Shown here: piece by piece, positions 26,530-39,490 of the stretch
How the letters are laid out: each line of letters opens with the position of its first letter
Numbering within the stretch: position 1 is the stretch's first letter
Assembly: GCA_002633005.1 (NCBI GenBank)
Contig: NMRA01000106.1
Span: 291,655-355,654 of the forward strand
Origin: Phoronis australis
Taxonomy: Eukaryota > Animalia > Phoronida
DNA length: 64,000 bases
Direction of reading: 5' to 3'
Made by a program: the position numbers and the translations under genes
The notes under the pieces: model-generated
Told to the model about the DNA's origin: nothing
Seen by the model: the letters and a program-made list of their open reading frames with translations, nothing else
Database searches by the model: none

Positions 26530-26800
26530 GCTCCGCATGCTATCCTTGAATTGCGACCGCTGAGGTTGTGGGTTCGATTACCGTTGGGGCTAATATCAGT
26601 TTTCTCGTCAACAATATCACTTTGGTACCCGTTAATATGAGCGTTCAACAATTTAATCAAGTCGCGGAAGACATTGACTTGAGTGTTGCTTCAGCGTAGG
26701 CTATGGGCGGATTGAAAGGCCTGGGACACGGCCCTTGCCTAGCGTAGGATAAGGGTTAAAACCGTTAGCATGTCGTGCTCACGCCCCGGCAACGTTTTTC
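26530..26800 (+). mobile_element. Possible degenerate tRNA-derived SINE
   Basis: B-box-like gaggttgtgggttcgattacc at ~26562-26582 followed by a GC-richer body. No intact cloverleaf and no clear A box. Confidence 0.3.
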
Positions 26801-27045
26801 TTAAATGGAGTATCGAGTATCCTTGGCGTTAGTGTATCTCGTTGGGGGAGGGAGGTTTCAGCATTAAATTTATTTGAGTTGTTCCCTTTTGACCAACAAA
26901 CCCCTGTCGGCGTGTCCATGGGAGCACGCGCGTGATGGTCCGGAACTGAACCTAGAGTTATCTCAACGCAGTCGAAGTGGCACGATCCCTGTTACTATCC
27001 TGTAATATTTATCACAATTCTACCAGTTCATTTTATTTTTTTCAG

Positions 27046-27213
27046 CTTCAGATGTCGCATTGCCTCAGTCTGCAAGTTGCAACTTCGAAGACAATGTATG
27101 CGGCTTTATGCAAGACGACACGGACCAATTTGATTGGACAAGATTCACAGGAGCAACAAAGTCGCGACTTACAGGGCCTTCATTCGATCACACCTATAAG
27201 GAAACGTATCCGG
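27046..27213 (+). CDS. CCP-MAM secreted protein, exon 4 (MAM N-terminal part)
   Basis: [40 protein letters not shown] is the canonical MAM start; strong polypyrimidine acceptor and G|gtaag donor; phase 1-1. Confidence 0.92.
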
Positions 27214-27706
27214 GTAAGATTAAAAGAACTTTCCGGCCTAAATTTAATTCGCAACCGTACTTTTCAACTGTCTGTTTGGTTTCCTGGGCCGTAGTCTTTA
27301 ATGAGGGTCAGAGAAACTTCACCCCTGCGCATAGCCAATATCACCCAATTTTAGATGCGGGATAACAAATAAGGACTTTAGCGGATGATCTAAGCACATC
27401 AACTTTCTCGGGTTCTATTTCCATTCATTGCAAATTAATGAACGTCCTCATGAACGCAACGAGGCTCTAAAGCTTTCGAATTTCAGGCTTTCCTGTCCTG
27501 CCAGCTGTAAAAGTTCTCGGGATAAAAACTAACTGCACCTCTATATTTCTCAGATAACAAAACATTCGTAGTCAATTGGTGAAGTATTGGGTTACATATC
27601 TAATTATTGCTTTGTGAATAATTAATGTTGCAATTCTTCCTGATATTTGGGCGACGATATATTCTGCTGTGCCTGGTTTGACAATGAATTTTACATGCAC
27701 CTGCAG

Positions 27707-27972
27707 GTCATTACATGTACGCCGAAAGTTCTAGCCCGAGAAAAATCAACGAAAAATCGAGATTGTATTCTTTGCGCTACCCTGCCAGTCCTCGAGGATA
27801 TTGTGTTGTGTTTTGGTATCACATGTATGGGGAAAATATAGGCTCCATGAACGTGTATATTAAACGCGACAAGGAAATTTTATCTACACCGGACATCCGC
27901 ATCGAAGGAAACCAGGGGAACACTTGGAAAAGAGCTCAGCAAACTGTGAACGGCAGTGTGAAAGGCTTTCGT
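27707..27972 (+). CDS. CCP-MAM secreted protein, exon 5 (MAM middle)
   Basis: GHYMYAESS...ARL-like SRLYS...CVVFWYHMYGENIGSMNVY...GNQGNTW; bounded by ctgcag| and |gtaagt. Confidence 0.92.
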
Positions 27973-29048
27973 GTAAGTGCAAAGCGCTTTTCTGACCATT
28001 TCATATCGCCCTCTATTGGTGACTTCAATGGAAACCTGTACATGTACATGGCTAGCTTCACACATCTACTGCCTCAAAAATAACTGTATCTCTGACGACA
28101 GGCGACAAGAAATCTCGATTACTGTTTTTTCCGTTAGCAGCCTGATGACAGTGGCGTCTGAATAAATTGTGTTCTTATACTCAGCTAATCACTACAAATG
28201 TGTTGTTTAGTTCTCGGTTGTATTAGAAATCACTCTTCCGTTCCAACTGCACGCAAATTTAGCATTCGATGTGTTTTTGCCCAACGTTTTTGATAACATA
28301 ACACATTTATTTTAGTTCATGAATAGAGCCTTATGCGAGTAACCAAGCAGCAAGTCTGCCCATACAGTCAAGCAATATCATTAACTCTGCAAAAATACAC
28401 ATTTTCTGGGAGTGAAAACGTTTAGCCACTGTCAATAACGCAGGAACCGCGTCGAAAAACCTGAGACGTGTGCCCCAAATGCTTTGAATTTTTGTGCGCT
28501 TTCCCAACGCATTTGAATAATCTCAAATCTGTGTATTTACAGTGGCTAGAGGTACTCGATCCTAAAAATTGAACCATCACTCACACGGCACGCTTCGAGT
28601 AAACTACTCAACTATGCCCTCGAACAATTGGACAGTGATTGATTAAGTTTCGAGTCAAAGTCCAAGTCGAGCATAAGTTCGAAAATTAGACAATGGACAT
28701 TCGAATTTGATTGTTTCAAACACAGCCAAGAAATTAAATCTTACGAATAAACCTACGTTTTGTCACAGGTTTGCCTATCATTTTAAATAGGTTATGAACA
28801 CCAAATTTCGCGTATTGCGTACAGAATGGACTGCAAATGCCGATTTCTCATTTTCATGAAAATGCATATAGGGTATTAATATAATAACACATTTGTAGAC
28901 TTTGAATAACTAACAAGGAATGTTCAGAATAATAGAGATTACCAAGAAAAATACCTACATTAATTTTCTCCTACTCTAAGTCGCCTGTCTATTTTAGGCT
29001 GCGAGGGATGAAGCTATCTTTCTCTTACAGTTTCCATGTTGTTTTCAG

Positions 29049-29150
29049 ATTGTTTTCGAGGCTGTCATCGGTATAGGGTACAGAGGAGATATCGCAATTG
29101 ATGACATCAACATTTCACACGGACCGTGCGGACTTCCACCTGTAGGATAA
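29049..29150 (+). CDS. CCP-MAM secreted protein, exon 6 (MAM C-terminus and stop)
   Basis: IVFEAVIGIGYRGDIAIDDINISHGPCGLPPVG* is the canonical MAM end; phase 0 acceptor gttttcag|. Absent from the ORF track. Full model is ~320 aa. Confidence 0.9.
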   Translation: MVFEAVIGIGYRGDIAIDDINISHGPCGLPPVG

Positions 29151-30710
29151 CGTCTCACTGCTGCAGCCTTTTCAACACGTCAATCAATTTTCAGTTATAA
29201 AACCTTGGTGCTTTTCTGTGGTGCTTTTTTGTAAAAGCATTTTACATTGTATTTTATAACAAAATGTTGACACAATGTTGGATCTCGTGCAGTATATGCC
29301 CAATTGGTTCTCAAATGCATTAAATTACCATGACAACGCCTTTTTTACTTGATCGATTAGTGACTTACTAACCAAAGAAATTGGGGGCATGGCATAATTA
29401 TAATTTGGATTCTGGTGTACAAAACCAGTATAACTATTCTGTACACCGAAACTGGGTTGCGTAGTCATACCGATGTCGTGTTTGGCCGCGAAATACAGCT
29501 GCATCAGAGGGGTTCTTAGTCTGTCACACCAAATCCGGTCTCTGCCAGTCCGATCCTCTCATAAAATCACAATAGCAGGGACTGGCGAGTGGGATAAGTG
29601 TACACATGTAGAAACTGCAACTTTGGCCAGAGACGTATCAAAAGTGACAGCATCCTCAATGCTTTACTGAACTCATCTTGGCCTTATCTTTTCTAATGTT
29701 TAGTCGGTTCCCTCTCAGTTTTAGGACAATGTACAATGTAGCAAACACCACCTATAACAGTGCCGTAGGCAGCGGGGGTGCTTGGGTGGGCGTGGGCACG
29801 TGCCCCCCATAAAGTTTGCAGGAGTCAGGGTTAAACCGTGGCAACCAACAAAGGCGTTGGGCCGGGGACAGTCGCGAAAAACAAGGCTGCAAAATACGGA
29901 TAAGAGATAAAATTCAAGAGAACATTTAACTACTCAGTATCAGTGCATGGTTCAGCTTTTGAGGACCCTGGCCAGGACATCGTTGTTAGGGTCTCCGTTT
30001 TAGCAGCATAAGTCGTCTAAACGCATTTGAAAACTTGCACTTAATCATTCATACATATATTTCGATAAATCAAAAAAAAATGTTAAAAAGAAGCTTTGGC
30101 GGGGCGTATTAATTCATTGGATTTTTAACTAAATTTGCGACTCCTGTTTTATAAAGTTAGGGTTCGTGATTTAAACATCGGAGTTAGTGTTTTCCGGGCT
30201 GGTTAGTTGTTTTGAAGGTGTAGGGATATGTTTTCGACTCTGGGATGTCAGTTTTACACTGGGATTCCAATTTCGATGGAACACCTTGAATCAGATGTCT
30301 TCAAACTTGCCAGTTGACCTGACAGAGCCCGGCCTAACAAGTGCAACTACATGACAGTATTGCGTAAAATGCACTGAAATTTAAATACTACAAAATGGAC
30401 ATGTACAAAAGTAGCCACGTTTTATCATCTTTATTTCACAATTGTGCGTTGACACCACCACAGTTAAGATGGCTTCGACAACAATTACATGCAGCTCAAA
30501 ACACCAAACGGTAATAATTCCTTCTAAAATGTAATAACGTTTCTACATATATATACACATGCCAATGAGGCAAAACATAACTGTTGTAAACGCCGGGTTT
30601 CGGCAGTCAAAGAAACAAATTTTTATTCAACTAAACTGTTTACGGCTATAAAACAAGTCCCAGGTATATATGTAGTTCCTTAGTTTGACGAGAGATGGTG
30701 TGTCGGCTTG

Positions 30711-32310
30711 TTATGCCCCCACATATTTATTTGTGGACGCATTATGCCGTCATCTCTGTCCGTCCGTCCTTCCGGGCGGCGTCCGCCGGCGTCCGTCCGG
30801 CGTCCGCTGCTCTATCCCCAAAACCCTTTGACATGGCGTTCATGAAATTTGGCACATGTATTCCATTCATGAATGGGACGGCATGAGCGAACTTTCGGAC
30901 GGATCCGACTACCGGTGTGCCCCCTAGTGGCAATATTAATTTTTTACGCTTATCTCAAGTCCTCAACGGATTTTCATGAAATTTGATATGTAGGTACCTA
31001 TTAGTGAGGTGACGCTATCCTCCCGTTTTTGGATGGATTCAAAGTAGTTTGCGCCACCTAGTGGCCATTTTTACTGTTTTCGAGTCTGTTTTTTTGCGTC
31101 CACCCCTTTATCAACCAAACCGCTCAAAGTATGATTGTGAAAATTAGCATGTATGTGCTTACTATGAAGAGGACAGTTGACGATGATTTTCCGACGATTT
31201 CGACTACTGTGGCTCCTCCTAGTGGCAGTTTTGTTTTGCGCCTATGGCTGTATCTCCTAAACCGTTCGCAGGATCTTTACGAAATTTAGTAAGAATATTT
31301 ATATGATGTTAACAACGGACGACGACGACTTCTGGACGGATCCGACTACCGGTGTTCCCCTTAGTGGCAATTGTTTACGTTTACCTTTGTATCTTCAAAA
31401 GTCCTTAACCGATTTTCATGAAATTTAATATGTAGGCACCTATTAGTGAGATGACGCTATCCTCCTGTTTTCGGATGGATTCGACGTAGTTTGCGTCACC
31501 TTGTGGCTATTTTTACTGTTTTCGAGTCTGTTTATGTGTCCACCCCGCCATCAACCAAATCGCTCAAAGGATGATTGTGAAAATTGGCATGTATGTGCTT
31601 ACTACAAAGAGGACGGTTGACGATGGTTTTCCGACAATTTCGATTACTGTGGCGCCTCTTAGTGGCAGTTTTATTTTTGTTGCGCCTATGGCTGTATCTC
31701 CTAAACCGTTCTCAGGATTAATTTAGCAAGTGTATTTATATGATGTTGACTATGGATGACGACGACTTTCTGACTACTGCTGTGCCCCCTAGTGGCAATT
31801 TTAGTTTTTTACGTTTAACTCAGTATCTTCAAAGGTCCTCAGCAGATTTTAATAAAATTTTAAATATAGGCATATATTGATGTGCTGACGCTATCTTCCT
31901 GTTTTTTGGATGGAATCGAGGTATTTTGCACCACCTAGTGGCCACTTTTGCTGTTTTCAAATCTTGTTTTTGGCGTTCACAATGTATCAACCAAATCATT
32001 TGAAAATTGGCAAATATGTTCTCAGTGTGAAGACGACCTTTGATGATGGTGACTGACCACTGTGGCGCCTCCTGGTGGTAGTGGCGGATCCAACGGACAC
32101 TGTGTCCACTAGTGACAATTTCATTTAATTCTGTTTTCCTTTGTTTCTCTGACAGATTTTCATGAAATATGGCATGTTCTTGTTTTTGGATGGATTGCAT
32201 TGGTTTTGCCCCATCTAGTGACCATTTTTACGATACAAATAAATAACCCTAAAAGCACACCATTTGCGATGCATTCGTGGGGGTATTTCAACGCTCCGCG
32301 TTGCTCTTGT
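30711..32310 (+). mobile_element. Non-autonomous Helentron-associated (HINE/DINE-1-like) element with central tandem repeats
   Basis: 5' subterminal repeat ttatgcccccac with nearby inverted partner tgtggacgcat; (GTCC)-rich microsatellite at 30758-30806; ~130-160 bp tandem subunits arranged in a ~440 bp higher-order repeat; 3' subterminal gtgggggtat, then hairpin caacgc-tcc-gcgttg and terminal ctcttgt. Confidence 0.8.
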
Positions 32311-32892
32311 CTGTTTATTCCGGAGACTGAGGCGTATCCCACCTTGGTCTAGGCAATTACATCGCCCTGGATGCCACAAAAAATTACGAATTTCAAAGTA
32401 CAGTAACTAAAATCAAATGAAGTATGCATATATGCAAATGGAATTATAATTTACGATTCAGTCAAGATAATTTGAACAAATCGATGAAAATCTGTCGTGG
32501 TTTGCTCGAGTTTCTCTTAGCGGATGTCATTTTGAAGAAGTTACGCGAAATCCCGCATGTTGACGAATAAAATGTCTAAGGGACACAAATCTTACAAATT
32601 TCACCGGATACCTTCCCATGCTATTTTGCAAGTGTCACGCGCCATCGTCACGCGCTTCGCCGAGACTCGCGCTATCCTTTGCCTAACTCACGTGACTCAG
32701 TTGAAATACATGTACTTTGTGGTAATTGACCTATCGCCAGGATTATGACGGACGGCTTAATTGACCAATCAGAACGCAGCATTCTTGGCACACCTTCGTC
32801 TGCGTTTCCAAGCCGCCATTTTACCCGAAAAACCCACACGCAGTCGAGTAAAATTTACTTTAGTCTATGCCTCAAGAAATTGTCCGCTAAGA

Positions 32893-33110
32893 ATGGGGAA
32901 ACGGTGTTGATATGACGTGTGTAGCACCGACAGTCGTTATGCTGCTCCAGAATAATATCCCGTCATTTTTTGGCATGTCCTAAGCCGAAAAATGATGTTG
33001 AAAAGCGTAAACTATGGATCAAACTGTACGGCCACACGAGCAGCTGAACTTAGCGATGTTGCTTGATAACTCGAAGGCTATAGTAAACACAAATGTATTC
33101 GTTGCAAAAT
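32893..33110 (+). pseudogene. Degenerate THAP zinc-finger (transposase N-terminus)
   Basis: MGKRC*YDVCSTDSRY...ACPKPKNDVEKRKLWIKLYG / RPHEQLNL, with an in-frame stop and frameshifts. Confidence 0.7.
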
Positions 33111-33775
33111 ACGCACTTTTCAGCTTGGTGGCTATGGTGCAGGGCTATCTCAGATTTAGACTCCCGAGTTGGCTACGTCTGGTCGCCTTTGTCTCGGCAC
33201 CTGCTGGATCTCAGCACTCTAGCGGTAGTCCCCGGAAATTGTTGTTTTCAAGGACATTTTTATTTTATGTTTTTTTATTTATTTCAACAGACATTATTTT
33301 GTTTCGTATCAAAAATAAAGTTTTGTTATTCATAAGCCGTAAGCTGGCGTTCAACTGAACTTCTCTCCCGGTCAAAATTCAGAGTTTCGATCTGCACAGG
33401 GAAGGGCACTGGATTACTGCCGGAACTCAAAGCCTTGGTCGAGCTGTTGTCACTAAAAATAAACTGTTGAATTACTTTTTGACGTGTACCTCTAGTATAC
33501 ACTATGTCTGTAGAGTTAGAGAGAGCTCATTTTGGAGTGGTTCAAACATGATATTTAGATTTATGAAGCTTTAAAGAAGAATTTTTGTAAATACCCTATT
33601 TTTGCAACTACTACACCAAACTTGTAATCTTTTGTAACCATACCACAACTTAGTGATCCATGCTACCTTCAAAATTAAATGAAAGCTACCTTTATGGAAT
33701 GAAACTACAAAAAATGCCAAGTTCATAAGAAGGTAGGCCTAATTTAAATGTCTTAATAGTGCAAACGGACAATTC

Positions 33776-34084
33776 CATAGGCGGATTTAGGGGGGTGGGG
33801 TGGAGGGGCCCCAGCCCCCCTTGGCTGCGGCAAGAAAAATGAAACAGCAAGAGTGTGAGGAAATATTGAGTTCAGTAACTAGGACCGGTAGCAGAAGAGG
33901 GGGCTCAGACCCCAGATCGCGGCGGAATCGTGTTCCTGTTTTTTTTAGTCCACCGATAGATTTTCTGAACAGAAGGTCCAACGGTCTACATCCCTGGCCG
34001 CCTGTGCACATACAATTGCACTTTGCCCAATTCCACGAGGCAACATATGTTGGGCCCCCCTGTGGTATCCTAGATCCGCCACTG
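33776..34084. mobile_element. MITE nested in the ISL2EU-like element (GGCGGAT-terminus family)
   Basis: TIRs cataggcggatttag / ctagatccgccactg. Isolated ends of the same family occur at ~235-249, ~6723-6738, ~10458-10472 and ~26702-26712. Confidence 0.75.
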
Positions 34085-34424
34085 ATTTCCAGACATTAAT
34101 TTTACTTAGACACCGTGACAGCCCTAGACCTACCGGAGGACGAGATGAGTGCGTACCTGAGCTATGAACCTGAATTTTTTGATCAAAATATTTCATTACA
34201 AGATTAGAAAAGCTATCGAGTCGATCTAATCAGAGACTATAGTGCATGTCTTGTCTGTAATCTATGACCTACTTTACTCCAGGAGTCCCACCAGTTGTGA
34301 CCTACTTTTCATTTGGCGAAATTTAGCAGACGACAGAATAAAAATATCGGTGAATCTTCACTGATTTTATTCGAAAGATCATGAAATCTATGTAATCATA
34401 CAGATAATTCGACTTTAAGGTACA

Positions 34425-34610
34425 TACCCAGCTTTACAAGAACATATCGTATCCGTGGCCTTGTCATTTGTCAGGTGAAGGTGGCCCCGAGGCCGAGGGG
34501 TTCTTCCGGATTTTCGCTGGCTCCTCGAGCACTTATTTTTTTATCGTCACCTTTACAAATTCCCATATCATGAACGTACGATTCACTGTTGAAAAGCATG
34601 GCCTCTTGTC
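34425..34610 (-). pseudogene. Remnant of the SWIM zinc-finger accessory gene (YqaJ-type partner of ISL2EU elements)
   Basis: Minus strand reads ESYVHDMGIC, then after a frameshift KCSRSQRKSGRTP...LHLTNDKATDTICSCKAG. Confidence 0.65.
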
Positions 34611-36676
34611 TCTGCCGACGCGTATTCAAGTAGTGCAAAAACACTCATCGATTCCACCAGGAACGTCATTTAGCCATAGACTATAGATAGCGACAGTGTA
34701 TTTGTCTCTGCCATCTCGTTCGAATGTCGGGTATCACGTGACTTTTCGCATAGGGGCGGAGCTTGCGATAGGTCAATTGCGCGCGTCGGGAAAAAGTTAA
34801 CAGTGACCAAAAAGTGGAGTCGGAATTCTTCGCCAAACTCACTTTAATTGTCGTTACTAAGCTTCGAAGATATGTGTAGAAGAAGAAAAGATCATTGAAG
34901 AAAGCAAGCGCTTTTTTAAGTGATATTTTTTTAAGTGTGGAACATATTTTTGACGAGGTGAAAACTCTTGATCGGTGACCGGATTTGGCCTACCGCCCGT
35001 TTACAATACACGGAAGAAATTCGTACAGAAAGAGATGGGAAGTATTGTAGCCCCTAACCGGCCAACCGAGGGGCTACGTGTTGTCTAACCTTCTGGTCAT
35101 GAGTCTTAAATTGTTGAATTTGATCTCCACTTAACAGCTCCCAATTCTTTCCGAGTCCTAAATCCAAAATAATGAAAACGATGAAACTAAAGTCTCATAA
35201 CTGTAAGTGGTATAAATAAAACAATTGTGTTTTTGACGAAAGGTGGATCCATGCAAACGCATACGACTGTGTGTAAAAACGGGGACCTTGAACACCATGT
35301 ATGGTGCACTAGCAACGTCACGAGGCTATTGATATTGAATTGTAATGCGACCCGGCGCAAATAAGTGGCAAGGTACAATATAACTGTAAATGTGCGCGAA
35401 ATGGACATAAACTGAGACTTCATCGACTTCAGGTTTCACCCAGACTGGTATAACTTTAAACAAACTTCACGAACTCCAAGTAATAACCAGTACGGATAGG
35501 CCTACACGGCGAGGTCTTCGGAAGAAAAAGCAGGAATCAACCGTAAAAAGGCCTCGAAATATTTTTCAAAACATACATGCCTCGTTGTAGTGGGGTTTCA
35601 AAGGTCATAATTAATTAGTTTCACCAATATTAAAAATTTTCATCAAAATATTGATCTGCAATAATTTGCGAAAAACCAACGATCGCATTCCACAGTTACT
35701 TAAATACACGCTGGGGACATGGCAGCCAGAATGATATAATCAGACAAAACGATATTTCAGTGAATGATAACATCGTTTGATATTGAAGGTTTTCAATTCG
35801 TTTTTGCACCTCAGTTACCCTAAAACGAATGAAATAATGATCCCTGTCAATGCAGTTGAAGTTGTCCGTATTACAGGATGATTATGAAACGAATGAATTC
35901 TTCGCATTCCCCTTTTAGTAAAGAGCTTATAACTGGTCATGTCATCTAAAATTTGTAGACGTGTTCGTTCAATTATTTTTACATAATTATCACCATTCCA
36001 CTCCCGCCTAGTACGGTAGTGAACGCTGGCCTTTTAGAGGATGTGGTCTGACTAAAACTCAAGATCCCTACTAAAGAGGAGATGTCTCGCCGCCACAAAG
36101 GATGAGTGAAATAAATAGGAATAAGCTATTTGGGAGAAATGGCATGTAGGCCAAATAAAGCTGATATCCGGGCGAACCCTGAAATAAAACTTAAATTCAA
36201 AACCAACAGTGTTGATGATGATTTGCGGTAATGTCGAAATGTACATGTAAGTGGTTTCCAACAATCGAGGAATACAGTTACTCTTGGGTGTAATAACTGT
36301 GATTCTCATTATTATTATAATTGTATTTGTTCATTACTATACAATTGCCGCATCGGCGCTCGGTGTTCTAATCATGATTAACAAATTTGAAACACGGGAA
36401 ACTGTATCCGATATGATATGCATCCTTCGTGTCCGTCAATCACAACATGGACCTAACACAAGCAAGGTGCTCATGTTGAAAATAAAAATATAATCAAGAT
36501 ATAGCGTCTGAGACTTGGTTGCAGCAAACAGAATTCAAATGCTCACCTTTTGAACCGTAGCAACTCCCAGGTACTGAGTTACAGGCGAGGTACATTACCG
36601 TACTGTTACGTATAAACGCCAAATTCGATTACGCAAAAGCCTGTTAAAAACATTATTATTAAATAAGAGCCGAATT

Positions 36677-36698
36677 GGGGGGGGGGGGGGNNNGGGGG
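36677..36698. other. Poly-G tract containing unresolved bases (nn)
   Basis: G run with two N calls. Another single N occurs at 49891. Confidence 0.9.
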
Positions 36699-39490
36699 TA
36701 ATTCAAAACGAATTGAAAAAACAACCACAATTCAAGTTTATTGGATAATCTAGGACCGCTGAAACCAGAAACCCGGCATCTCGGTTTGTCTTCGACTAAT
36801 ATGTAAGTCAACATGAAGTTAATGCATAAGATGCTTTGTAAGCATTAAAAATAATGAATGACGTGATGGTTGTTACAAAAACGTAAATACCGGTATCATG
36901 CGAAAGCCAGTCCCCTCGTCGTCTCGACAGTGACCAAGGTCCGGCACTGTTCTAAACAATGTTTATTTGTAAGCAAAACTTGTCACACATACCGTGCCGT
37001 GGGTATTATAGTGAACAGTGAGTGCCGTGTATGCAAAAACTGGCCTTGTTGAATAAGTACCGGGTCAAAAAGTGCCTTCGGGGAGCTAATATGCGACACT
37101 ACTGCACCTCTGCGATTGAGGCGTCACCTGTAGACCGGTAGAAACACCACATGTATGTTATGCATCAATCTTTAATAATTGCCAAAGCCGTACGTCGATT
37201 TTCAACATATGCTTCCAATGTCCAATTATCTTTGATTAAGCTTTGGAGTCTCAATTTGCTCAGAGAGTAATGACTCTACTTGCAGATTATATTTAAGTGA
37301 AATCATTTGTGTTTGTTTCGAGCCATGATTGTCAATGACATGTGATTGAATTATAAAACATTTCTGATTGCAATATCGCATGATAATTTACCCTCGAAGC
37401 ATGTGCACAATATTTCCAACCTTCCGCAGTATATAAAGTTTTGTAGAACTTATCGACAAGTATGTGCAGTTTGCCAAATGTCTTAAAGACTATAGAAGTC
37501 TAACTCAATGAAATCAATATGTTCTCAATGTCCGTACAATTAGAATTTTGACTTTATACCATTCTGCCAGTAATTTGGTCACGTGACCACATTTTTTACG
37601 AAACGTAAGCTTCATTTTCAACAAAACATCAGTATCGATCACGTGACCATGTTTCATTTGATTTAAGTGTTCATGATGAAATCTCAAAAACATTGTTACA
37701 GCAGTTTCAAAAGTTTTCATTTAATTTTCATAATTATGCAACTTTTTTCAAGTATATCACAAAGAAATATTTTTGATATTAGACTCTCATGCAAAAGGCG
37801 TTTAAGAGAACAGAGGATTATGAACCCGAATGGTCATTTCTGAAATACATGTACGGTGTTCCGAAATTAGCCAAATTTAGATTTTTTTCTAGGGTCTTGC
37901 ATAACTTTAACATCTTGGCATTCACTACATGTATTCAAAAGCTGTGCACATCTAGTCAGCGATATCCACTCACAGCTGGCCTAAAGCAAGTTCAACACGA
38001 AGAATGTTAGCTGACACGTCCAAACAATATTTTGATTACATCTTGCCGCTTCCTTGTACATTCTATGAAACATTCCATACTACTATCCATTCTTTCTGGG
38101 GGAACTCCTATGCTCTGGAATAAATATTAAACTTTAGTAGATGAGGAAAGCGCAAATTAAATGAGAAGCTCTTTATTATTGTAATTCACAAGCAGGGGTT
38201 GTTTTTTAAAACTGATATTTGGACAATTCCACTTGTAACAAAAAATTCCGCAACAAATATTTAGACTGTGTGAAGAAGTGGCATGTTATCTGTTTTTCCA
38301 CCCGCCTCAACACATGTCTCTCATTAAAATAAATCGAATAACCGATTTCCACAGTGATGGTTCTTGGAATAAACATTTGAATCAATTGTGTTGACCAAAA
38401 ACACAAACAAACCTTGTTTCAGCTCCCACGTCACACTCCCACGCAAACGTAAACACCATTATTTAATACAGGCCATGGCGGATCAGGTTTCTGTCTTTTC
38501 CTTTCGCTTCTCATGGCCCTGCTAAAAACGAAAATATCCAGATGTGTTTACTACACACGGATACTATAGTAAACAAGGTGCACTAGCGCGGGTAACACCT
38601 TTCAACTTTTGCCCGCGTAACAATAAACCCATTTAGCATACAAAATGTGAAAATAAACTGCCTGTGGTGTTGCATGGCTGAGATAATAAAGAAAAAAGTC
38701 AACAGTTTCAGGAAAACTTTGTGAGCACGTGCGTGTTTTGCCCGGATTTGAATTACGAGCTTGAGAACGGAAGAACGCAGATCGCCTAAGAAAAGTTTTG
38801 GTCCAGTGTGGTTAAACGTAAAATTAGTAGAATGACGGAAACTTGTTCTTTGAGTGCCGTAGTCCCCAACATAAACGATTGGGAAATTTGTGTTCATGTA
38901 CACATGTACACGTTCACACACGGTAAGTAGTTAACAGTCTCTTGTAAAAATCTACCTAATGCTATTAACCCACACCGGTCCTGAAGCAACAGCATTTCAA
39001 AAACAACGACTTCATGATTGACCATGACACGATTTTTAGACCAAACACATCGCCTATGCAGAGTGTGACGTCAAACATTTCAGTGCCGATATAGTGACCT
39101 AAACATACTTGCTATCAAAATATAACACAATTAAGTACATGTATGAGATGAAACACTTGAAGTGGAATAGGTTCGTACTTATTTGTTAATAAAGAATTCC
39201 AGTGAATTTCACAGGAGACAGTATACTCTTGGACCAAATGAATGTGAAAAACTAAAAATGTATAAAAAGTGCATACCTAATCTCTTTGTTCATTAAATGG
39301 AACCCTTGTATTTACCGACAATAAAGCTTTTTAAAATGTACTTCGATATCAAGCAGCTGGTGTCTTGAAAACAACATTTAGTCTTCGAATTGTTTGTATC
39401 GCCTACACACGGTTTTGAATTTTATTTGTTAACCGAGATTAAAATTCAATACCATTTTTCGCCACAAAAATGGGTAATTAAGGTTTGGCA

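Larger units (their letters stand above)
32727..34775. mobile_element. Internally deleted ISL2EU-like (PIF/Harbinger-related) DNA transposon
   Basis: TIRs tgacctatcgc / gcgataggtca, each flanked by AT (putative 2-bp TSD); THAP remnant at the left end (+) and SWIM-finger remnant at the right end (-), converging. Confidence 0.75.

Noticed and set aside
26560-26600. tRNA gene
   Set aside because: Only a T-loop/B-box-like motif is present, with no acceptor, D or anticodon stems.
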